From: a virus
Lineage: Duplodnaviria > Caudoviricetes
Virus record (IMG/VR): IMGVR_UViG_3300037308_000012
Coordinates: 1-33,745 of that record
Strand: one strand, 5' to 3'
DNA: 33,745 bases
A model generated the notes under the pieces. The model saw only the letters and a program-made list of their open reading frames with translations. It ran no database searches and was not told the origin of the DNA. Below are positions 1 through 6,828 of the stretch, piece by piece; the stretch's first letter is position 1; the number at the start of each line of letters is the position of its first letter. The position numbers were made by a program, and so were the translations under genes.

Positions 1-132
1 TCTTGTCTTGTCTCTTCTTGTCTTGTCTCTTCTTGTCCTGTTTCGTCTTGTCCTGTTTCGTCTTGTCCTGTTTCGTCTTGTCCTGTTTCGTCTTGTCCTG
101 TTTCGTCTTGTCCTGTTTCGTCTTGTCCTGTT
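1..132. repeat. 15-bp tandem repeat array, running off the left edge of the window
   Basis: Six exact copies of TCTTGTCCTGTTTCG at 31-120, a partial copy at 121-132, and two variant units TCTTGTCTTGTCTCT at 1-30. Confidence 0.97.
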
Positions 133-138
133 AAAAGC

Positions 139-167
139 ATTATATCGTCTTCATTTTACGTTGTCAA
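139..167 (-). promoter_or_regulatory. Consensus sigma70 (early-type) promoter
   Basis: The minus strand reads TTGACA (167-162), a 17-nt spacer, then TATAAT (144-139). A second TTGACA lies 15 bp upstream at 182-177. Confidence 0.85.
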
Positions 168-494
168 GCCTTTTGTTGTCAAGCCTTCGACGTCAGGTGC
201 ATTGATGACATCCATCGCCCTATTGTTAGCAGCCTGAAGCAAGTATGTCAAGAGTTCTTTAACTTGATTGTTGAAGTCCTCGCCTAATTGAGCTTCATCA
301 ATATCTTTGAGATGAGCGACATCCAAGTCGAACATTATGGGAACCATGTTGTCTTCATCGGGGGTGCCAAATCTGATGTTGTCATAACGGAATTTGACTG
401 ATGGAAAGGTTTCAAGATTGAAATAGATAACTTCCTTACTATCTATCATCTCATTTTGATAGTTAAAATTGATCACTTTCTGTTCGGTGTTCAT
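156..494 (-). CDS. Hypothetical protein of T4-like phages (112 aa), possibly a gp40-like head vertex assembly chaperone
   Basis: An AGGAG SD at 507-503 favours the ATG at 494 over the ORF-track start at 503. The acidic sequence VKFRYDNIRFG..DEDNMVPIMFDLDV..FNNQVKELL resembles, from recollection only, a conserved T4-like family. Confidence 0.7.
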   Translation of the reverse strand: MNTEQKVINFNYQNEMIDSKEVIYFNLETFPSVKFRYDNIRFGTPDEDNMVPIMFDLDVAHLKDIDEAQLGEDFNNQVKELLTYLLQAANNRAMDVINAPDVEGLTTKGLTT

Positions 495-519
495 ACTATT
501 CACTCCTATTGTTAATCAT

Positions 520-548
520 AATCTATTCTATTGTATTAAAGATGTCAA
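520..548 (-). promoter_or_regulatory. Probable sigma70 promoter for the 156-494 gene
   Basis: TTGACA (548-543), a 17-nt spacer, then TAGATT (525-520). It lies just downstream of the gp23 terminator and upstream of an SD. Confidence 0.6.
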
Positions 549-597
549 TAATTCAGTTCACGATGGTATGTCGTCTCCTTTTCATTACTTATGACGT

Positions 598-622
598 AAA
601 AAACCCCGCCGGAGCGGGGTTT
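598..622 (-). terminator. Rho-independent terminator after gp23
   Basis: The minus strand reads AAACCCCGC-TCCG-GCGGGGTTT-TTT, a GC-rich stem followed by a U tract, about 45 bp past the gp23 stop. Confidence 0.92.
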
Positions 623-667
623 AAAACTTCCCTGTTTTCTCTGTCTTCTTGACGGACAGATTTCACT

Positions 668-1882
668 TTACAGCAAGTTAAGGATCTTAGCCTTGCGGTA
701 GTATACGTTGCTGTTGGCGTTCAAGGTGGTGAACGGATTGGCAATCATTCCGTAACGAGTCTTGAAGCCGATCGCTGGCTGGAATGTATCAACGCTGGTA
801 GCGCGAACCATTTGGAGAGGAACATAGGGGCAATAGAACAGACCTGCGTCGTATGCACTTGCGCCCTTGTATCCGACAACATAACCGTCAGAACCGAGAT
901 AAGGGTCGATATAGACCTTGAAGCGACCAACACGACCGGCGAGTGTAACGCCAGTTTCGTCTACGTCTAGAGCAATGTCACTCTGCAGAGCAGGTGCATA
1001 GTTCAATACGCCAGCCATTGCGAGTGCAGAAGCGACGTCGGCGGTAGTGATAACGATATTACCTTTACCACGGCGGGTGTTCTTGGCAATAGCGTTTGCA
1101 TCGCGCTCGATAGCAAAGAGCAGTCCCTTGACTCTCTCGAGGAACCAACGACCGTCGGCATCGTTAGCAAGGTCGAATGTGCCAGGTGTACCAGCAAACT
1201 GTGCGCCAACTTCTGATACAGCGTAAATGGTACGGACGACTTCGCGGTTGATCTCAGCAATAATTTCAGTGCTAAGGATATTGCTCAGTTCGTTTTCTGC
1301 ATCGAGTCCATGGATTGCGCGGAGATCTTGTGCAAGCTCCAAACTGTAGTCAGCGCGGAGTTGGCGAGTCTTAGCGGTTACGCTTGTGCGCTCGATGGTC
1401 ATTGACATGCTGTTCCATGCGTCTACTTCGCCAGCTGTGGTAGCTTTACCAACGCCTGTAGTGAATGTAACATCCCAAGGATCGTCACCAACGTGAGCAG
1501 GCGTTGCAGCGCCAGACTTGTTGGTGTCTGCTTCGTAATAGAGCGCTTCACCGGTGCTGCTAGGTGGTGTTGGGTTGTTATACCCACCAACATCAGCATA
1601 TTTAGAACGCATTGCAAATACGAGTCCAGTAGGTCCAGTCATGGGTTGTACGCCGCAAACATCATAAGCAATCAGCTTAGGAGCAAGACGACGAACGAGG
1701 TTGATCAAGATTGGATCCCAATTCTGGATATTACCCGTTGTGGTTTGTGCAGCTTCTTGTAGGAACTTCTCTTGGTTCTCTAAGAGCTGGGCTGTTACTT
1801 TGGTGCGATAAGCATCAGAGATTTTAGCAACCTTTTCATTTTCTAGAAGTGGCTGCCATTTTTCAGTCAGTGCAGTAATCAT
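668..1882 (-). CDS. gp23: Major capsid protein (T4 gp23 family), 404 aa
   Basis: Diagnostic motifs L.EKWQPLLE, LLENQE, DVCGVQPMTGPTGLVFAMR, ELAQDLRAIHGLDAENELSNILSTEI.AEINRE, DAGLFYCPYVPL and FQPAIGFKTRYG. Confidence 0.99.
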   Translation of the reverse strand: MITALTEKWQPLLENEKVAKISDAYRTKVTAQLLENQEKFLQEAAQTTTGNIQNWDPILINLVRRLAPKLIAYDVCGVQPMTGPTGLVFAMRSKYADVGGYNNPTPPSSTGEALYYEADTNKSGAATPAHVGDDPWDVTFTTGVGKATTAGEVDAWNSMSMTIERTSVTAKTRQLRADYSLELAQDLRAIHGLDAENELSNILSTEIIAEINREVVRTIYAVSEVGAQFAGTPGTFDLANDADGRWFLERVKGLLFAIERDANAIAKNTRRGKGNIVITTADVASALAMAGVLNYAPALQSDIALDVDETGVTLAGRVGRFKVYIDPYLGSDGYVVGYKGASAYDAGLFYCPYVPLQMVRATSVDTFQPAIGFKTRYGMIANPFTTLNANSNVYYRKAKILNLL

Positions 1883-1912
1883 TGTTTTTGTCTCCTTTCG
1901 TGAAACTTGGTT

Positions 1913-2725
1913 TTACAATCTTTCGAGATAAGCCTTCATTCGATCATTCTGAGGAACCACTTTAGTTTCAGTGATTACAGTCTTGCCTTCTGTGATTGCT
2001 GGCTTTGCAGCAATTTCAGCAGCTGCTTTCTCTGAAGAAGTGATCTCTTGAACCATCAGCAAAACTCCCGCCTCATATGCTTCAAGGGTTGGGAAATTAG
2101 CCTTTTCGATGAGGCGTCCTAGTCTCTCTTTCTGTGTGTCAGCAAGATTAACCGTCAGTCTCTCAAAAATAGCTCCACGCTTTTGAACTTCTGCTGCATT
2201 TTCCATTTCCTGAATCTGATGCTTCAAAGTTCTGTGCTCTTCGAATAGAGTGTTATAGGCAGTCTTGCTCTCTTCGAGTTTGGCTTCTAGGCTAGTGTTA
2301 GCTAGCTCATCGCTGAGTGTGAAGTAGTTGGCTTCAAAAGCTTCGCGGATAGTGCGCAAGACATTCGACATACGGGCATATTCGACGGTCTCAATCAATC
2401 TTTCTTTCTGCTCTTGGACAAACTTCTCAATCACATATTCACAGTAGTCATCAACTTTCTTGGTCATCTCTTCTACGACATATTCAGAGTAAGCGTTGGC
2501 TTTTTCTGTAATCTCGTCGATCTGAGCTTTGCATTGTGCTGAATACTCTTCTGCCTGCTCATAGACGTACTGTCCATAAGCGTTGGCTTTTTCTGTGATT
2601 TCCTTTGTCTCTTCTTCAACTCTCTGGGCGACTGCGGCCTCAATACTAGCTGTGAGCTTGGTTACAAACTCTTCTGTGATCTCGACACCTGGTAAAAGTG
2701 TTTTGAGTTGTTCAGCGATATTCAT
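1913..2725 (-). CDS. gp22: Prohead core scaffold protein (T4 gp22 family)
   Basis: Lies between gp21 and gp23. Glu-rich coiled coil with F..K....EAAV, KVDDYCEYVIEKF, LADTQKERL..L.E and C-terminal M.AYL. AGGAG SD present. Confidence 0.92.
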   Translation of the reverse strand: MNIAEQLKTLLPGVEITEEFVTKLTASIEAAVAQRVEEETKEITEKANAYGQYVYEQAEEYSAQCKAQIDEITEKANAYSEYVVEEMTKKVDDYCEYVIEKFVQEQKERLIETVEYARMSNVLRTIREAFEANYFTLSDELANTSLEAKLEESKTAYNTLFEEHRTLKHQIQEMENAAEVQKRGAIFERLTVNLADTQKERLGRLIEKANFPTLEAYEAGVLLMVQEITSSEKAAAEIAAKPAITEGKTVITETKVVPQNDRMKAYLERL

Positions 2726-2895
2726 GGGCAGTATACTCCTTTGTTTTTCATTTAGTAGACTTATTAAGTCTAATCAGTATGACTCATTTTTCTCATAATA
2801 ATAGTCACATCATTATTCACTCACTTCTTACGAAGTCCATTCCTTGTCCATGGTATCGCATGTTGAAAGGAGCGCTCACATTCAAATTGTATCAT

Positions 2896-2903
2896 TATTT
2901 AGT
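2896..2903 (-). promoter_or_regulatory. Possible T4 late-promoter variant (ACTAAATA)
   Basis: TAAATA core just after the gp21 stop and upstream of gp22. It matches 6 of 8 positions of TATAAATA. Confidence 0.5.
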
Positions 2904-2908
2904 TTGTT

Positions 2909-3577
2909 TTAAATCAACTTAAGTATCTGGTTAAAGACCCTCAAAAGACCAACTTCGTCCAACTGATGCTTAGCTGCAGCATTGTTAACGAGTTTCTTAA
3001 CTTCAGTTTCCTTTTCTACTAGCCTTCCTGCGGGATCCCAAGCCCATTCCTTGTTCTCCATAACCGCATTGACAAAGCAGTTTGGTCCCGAAGGATCGCT
3101 TACGATGTCAGCAGGAGTAATCAAGAAATAGTCTTCGCAGACAATGTTGACTCCATTCTCTTCTTTTAGGCTACCTAGTCCACGGGAAGACACGCCAAAC
3201 TTAACTTTCTCATCCATTAGGTTCTTTACAATCTTACCGAATGGAGTGTCGATAACCTTGGCTTTCCCAATCCAATTGTTACCATCTTCTGACAAAGAGA
3301 CAATTTTGTGACTAACTCGATCTAGGTTAATCGTTGGTGTATCGGGATGACCCAGTTCACCAACGCCTTGATGGTCTTCAATCTTTTCTCTGATGTATCT
3401 AGATGCTTCTTTGGCGAGAACGGTCTTAGGGTAAATCCTGCGATTATGGTTCTTTATTTCTGATTGCAAAAAAGGACCATTGATCCAGTAGGTTTTTACT
3501 TTTGTTGACTCATTGATAACAATCTCTTCTACAACGGTATCAAATTCGTCAAGATGTCTTTCAATCAATAGTCTCAT
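2909..3577 (-). CDS. gp21: Prohead maturation protease (T4 gp21 family)
   Basis: Motifs GPFLQSEIKNHNRRIYP, GELGHP.TPTINLDRVSH, GVSSRGLGSL and DIVSDPSGP. Confidence 0.98.
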   Translation of the reverse strand: MRLLIERHLDEFDTVVEEIVINESTKVKTYWINGPFLQSEIKNHNRRIYPKTVLAKEASRYIREKIEDHQGVGELGHPDTPTINLDRVSHKIVSLSEDGNNWIGKAKVIDTPFGKIVKNLMDEKVKFGVSSRGLGSLKEENGVNIVCEDYFLITPADIVSDPSGPNCFVNAVMENKEWAWDPAGRLVEKETEVKKLVNNAAAKHQLDEVGLLRVFNQILKLI

Positions 3578-3591
3578 GATTGCATTCCTTC

Positions 3592-4566
3592 TTAGTAACC
3601 AGCCATCTCTCTCTTCTTGAGAGAAGCTTCCCTGCGCTTAGATGCTCTTCTCTGCGAAATAGCTCTCTTGCGAACACCAGAAATTTGACCAATTGCCATA
3701 TTCCTTTTTGCTTGAGCAGTCAGCCTTACATATCCGCCATCAACAATCTTAAAGCCTGGTCGATGTGGCAGTTTGAGCTGCTTCTTGATGTCGTTTGAAT
3801 CTGTTGATACATGGCGGAAGGTAACAATCTTAGACACTTCAGATAATGGCTTGATATTCTCAATGGGCGTAACGCTAGAGACAAATTCATTAAACTTGCC
3901 CATTAAGCCTAGGTGAGTTGATTCGTTCATATCGTCGTCTTCTTCACTGTCATCTTCACGGTCATCCGAACTTTCGAAATCGTCTTCGCTATCGTCTTCT
4001 TCCTTAACAGCCTTCTTCTTAGAAACACACTTTTCTTGCATCTCTTCGTCATCAGACTCGTCATCGTCTTCGCTATCGTCTTCTTCCTTTTTAGTGGGTC
4101 TCTTTGACTCTTCTAAGTCTTGGTGACCCGTGAACTCGAAAACATTTTCTGAGCTCAATTCGATTGCAAAGTGAACTTCAGTTCTGCCTTCTCCACCCTC
4201 TAGATCGGTTGGGCTTTCTGATGTCACTGGCAATACTATTATGTTTTCATCGTATGATTCGACATCATCGCAATCGTCGAGATACGCAGCAAAACCATCG
4301 GCTGATTCGCCCTCAGGCACAAGAACGCCCAGCATACCTTGGTCATAGATGAACCCATGTCCACCAAAAGACTTTGCGGCAGCTTGGATAGAAGATACCA
4401 TTCTCATCTCTGGATCATCTTGCTCTACAATCTGTCTTACGATGTCTTTTTGTCGTCTATGATATGACTCTAATAGACGTCTTTTGAAAATTTCTTGAAA
4501 CTTCATGGCGTCGCCTTGTTCCAGACTTTCTGCCACCTGTGATCTAAAAGTGATCAATCGTGCCAT
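3592..4566 (-). CDS. Prohead core/internal protein, probable gp67-gp68 fusion with an acidic middle
   Basis: The only gene between gp20 and gp21. The N-terminal ~48 aa look gp67-like (LEQGDAMKFQEIFKRRL). The basic C-terminus looks gp68-like (PGFKIVDGGYVRL...RRASKRREASLKKREMAGY). Confidence 0.75.
   Translation of the reverse strand: MARLITFRSQVAESLEQGDAMKFQEIFKRRLLESYHRRQKDIVRQIVEQDDPEMRMVSSIQAAAKSFGGHGFIYDQGMLGVLVPEGESADGFAAYLDDCDDVESYDENIIVLPVTSESPTDLEGGEGRTEVHFAIELSSENVFEFTGHQDLEESKRPTKKEEDDSEDDDESDDEEMQEKCVSKKKAVKEEDDSEDDFESSDDREDDSEEDDDMNESTHLGLMGKFNEFVSSVTPIENIKPLSEVSKIVTFRHVSTDSNDIKKQLKLPHRPGFKIVDGGYVRLTAQAKRNMAIGQISGVRKRAISQRRASKRREASLKKREMAGY
3979..4089. repeat. 27-bp exact direct repeat inside the prohead core gene (encodes KEEDDSEDD)
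   Basis: ATCGTCTTCGCTATCGTCTTCTTCCTT occurs at 3979-4005 and 4063-4089. Confidence 0.9.
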
Positions 4567-4602
4567 TGTGATTACTCCTGTTTATTTGTGGTATACAATT
4601 CG

Positions 4603-6228
4603 TCATTGAGATGGCGTTTCTGCGAGTTGAATAGGCTCTAATGCCTCAGTCTCAGTTCCATTATCTTGCAGTTCTCCTTCAGGTTCAACGGGTCCTGAAT
4701 CGCTAGGCATGGGTACCTCTGGCGGAGCTAAAAGTTTCGCATCTTCTGATGCGGCTGCTAATAGGTCTTCAACTTCTTTCTCGTCAGTTAGCTTCATTAC
4801 ATTCCTGAGAACCCAAGCTCTATCAAAATACTTACCGACCAAAGGATCTATGGAAACCATAGATTCTATCCTTGAATTAAGAACTTCAGCTTCCTTCCAT
4901 TGGACAAAGTTGTTGTCCTCAGCATAGACCCAGACAATCGATCTCTTAATAGCATCCCAATCGGTTTCAGTAATAATGTTCTTTAACATAAGTTGTGTTT
5001 TAAGAAGATCTTCAAACAAAATCACAAAACGATTGCGAAGCCTATCTAGAAACTTCTTAAATCGGTACTCGTCTCTTGATATTTCATTTGTCCTACCAAA
5101 AGTAAACGAAGCCAATTCATCCTTAAAGCGAGATGCTGGGATGTTAGAAGCATCTAAGAATTTTTTCTTAAAAAGCTCAACGTCATCTATGGTGCCGAGA
5201 TTAGTCGCACCCGGCAATGGTTGTATCTCAGTACCTTTCCCGTCCTCTCTTCGAGGCAGCCAGTAGTCTTCGACCATACTCATTACATTCTTACGATCAA
5301 CGACGGTGCCTGTTCTTGAATCATAGACGAGTTTGTTCTTAAACCTGTTCATCAATTCTTTAATGTACTGTTCGGCTTTAGGCTTGCTCAAGTTACCCGT
5401 ACTAATGTAGAAAGCTCTTCTCTCAGGGCTTCTTACGACCCTATAGATTAGCAACGCTTCTTCCATCATCTTCATATTGTTATATGGCACAACCATTTTC
5501 CACAAATTACTAAGAGCAACTCCTGTCGCGTAGTCGTAGATTCCTGAATCGCAGTAAGCTATAGCGTCTTTAGAGATGATCATGCAGCGAGATGTTCTGT
5601 TGTCAGAAAATACATCACCCACATCAGAAAAGACATAGTACACTTTAGTCTTGTTGAGATCATATATTCCTTCCGCGTTTGGCTGCGGGTACTCTACAAT
5701 TCTTTTTATCTTCAACGGATCAATGCGAATGATCTTTTGAATGCCGTCCTTAAGCTTATCACTATTTACAATCTTATGTAAGAAAATGCGCCCATCAATA
5801 TACCACCTGTCAAAGTACTCTAAGCCTCTCCTCTGAAAGTCAAGTATTTCATACAGTATATCGTATTCCGTCTTGATCTTCTTTAGAGTTGCTTTACTGA
5901 GCAGCTTTTGTTCATTAGTCTCATCGAATGTCAAATCGATGGCTTTTTTATCAGGAACATCAAAAATGAAGATCTCATTTCTAATCTCATTGAGTACTCG
6001 ATCAACGTCACTTGTTAGAGCTAGTGTTCGATAAGTCTTAATCAGTTCAACTTCACTTACTGGAAGTTGGTATGTGTCTGATGTCAAACTCATGATACCG
6101 CCAAAAGGCGTCACAACTTCGGTCGAGCCGTCCTCATGGTCGATATCTATTGCTTCGAGGTTACTTTTGGGCTTATCCGTTTTAAGGTTAAACCCAAAAG
6201 TCCTCGATATCATCTCAAATAAGTTCAT
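4603..6228 (-). CDS. gp20: Portal vertex protein (T4 gp20 family)
   Basis: Motifs FDRWYIDGR, IDPLKIKR, MMEEALLIYRVVRSPERRAFYI.TGNL.K.KAEQY, EDYWLPRRE.GKGTEI and EISRDE..F.KF..RLR.RF. Confidence 0.99.
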   Translation of the reverse strand: MNLFEMISRTFGFNLKTDKPKSNLEAIDIDHEDGSTEVVTPFGGIMSLTSDTYQLPVSEVELIKTYRTLALTSDVDRVLNEIRNEIFIFDVPDKKAIDLTFDETNEQKLLSKATLKKIKTEYDILYEILDFQRRGLEYFDRWYIDGRIFLHKIVNSDKLKDGIQKIIRIDPLKIKRIVEYPQPNAEGIYDLNKTKVYYVFSDVGDVFSDNRTSRCMIISKDAIAYCDSGIYDYATGVALSNLWKMVVPYNNMKMMEEALLIYRVVRSPERRAFYISTGNLSKPKAEQYIKELMNRFKNKLVYDSRTGTVVDRKNVMSMVEDYWLPRREDGKGTEIQPLPGATNLGTIDDVELFKKKFLDASNIPASRFKDELASFTFGRTNEISRDEYRFKKFLDRLRNRFVILFEDLLKTQLMLKNIITETDWDAIKRSIVWVYAEDNNFVQWKEAEVLNSRIESMVSIDPLVGKYFDRAWVLRNVMKLTDEKEVEDLLAAASEDAKLLAPPEVPMPSDSGPVEPEGELQDNGTETEALEPIQLAETPSQ

Positions 6229-6245
6229 TAGTTCTGAGCCCAGTG

Positions 6246-6785
6246 TTAATCTGAATCCGTTGCGTCAGAAACCCAATAGTTCACAGCAAAGGTTACGTTG
6301 AACTCTTCGACGGTGTTATTGGAGTCATATGCCAACGCAATGTCACCTACGTTCGTTGGGAAAATCTTTCTGAACTTGTAGGTGTTCATTGGGTTCTCAT
6401 GTCTATCAAGCTGCTGGACTTCTCCATCGGCCATGTAAGTTGAATCTTCTTGGAAATCTGTAATATTTGCAAAGTTCTGCAACATGTTACTAGACCACCT
6501 CTCGAAAAACTTTCTGAGATCAAAGTCCTTCTTGTTGTAGATCGTTACATTCCAGTCATCAAATATTCTATCGCCTGACAGCTTGATTGCTCTACCCATA
6601 TAAGCGACTTCCGCAACGCCCATCACGCTACCTGGTACAGATGTTGCTCTGCAAAGGTATTGGATAGAAACGGGCACGCTTGGAACGCCTGGTGCAGATA
6701 GAGCGGTGATGTTTACTAGGTAACGATTTGGGCGAGCACCGCCATCAAATACACCTAAGAATGAGTTTACGTCTGAATATGCCAT
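6246..6785 (-). CDS. gp19: Tail tube protein (T4 gp19 family)
   Basis: Motifs GGARPNRY, YMGR.IKL.GDR.F.DW.VT.YN and FPTNVG.I.L.YD...VEEF.VTF...YW. AAGGAG SD present. Confidence 0.98.
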   Translation of the reverse strand: MAYSDVNSFLGVFDGGARPNRYLVNITALSAPGVPSVPVSIQYLCRATSVPGSVMGVAEVAYMGRAIKLSGDRIFDDWNVTIYNKKDFDLRKFFERWSSNMLQNFANITDFQEDSTYMADGEVQQLDRHENPMNTYKFRKIFPTNVGDIALAYDSNNTVEEFNVTFAVNYWVSDATDSD

Positions 6786-6820
6786 TGAATATCTCCTTTA
6801 TTGGTTACTGTTACATTAGT

Positions 6821-6828
6821 TACTTACA
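6821..6828 (-). promoter_or_regulatory. Possible late-promoter variant (TGTAAGTA) upstream of gp19
   Basis: Overlaps the gp18 stop codon, in the same relative position as the TATAAATA boxes near other gene ends. Confidence 0.35.

Noticed and set aside
1-132. CRISPR array
   Set aside because: The units are contiguous 15-mers with no spacers, and there are no cas genes in the window.
8-205. Plus-strand ORF (LVLFR)n
   Set aside because: A by-product of the tandem repeat, antisense to the promoter and to every supported gene.
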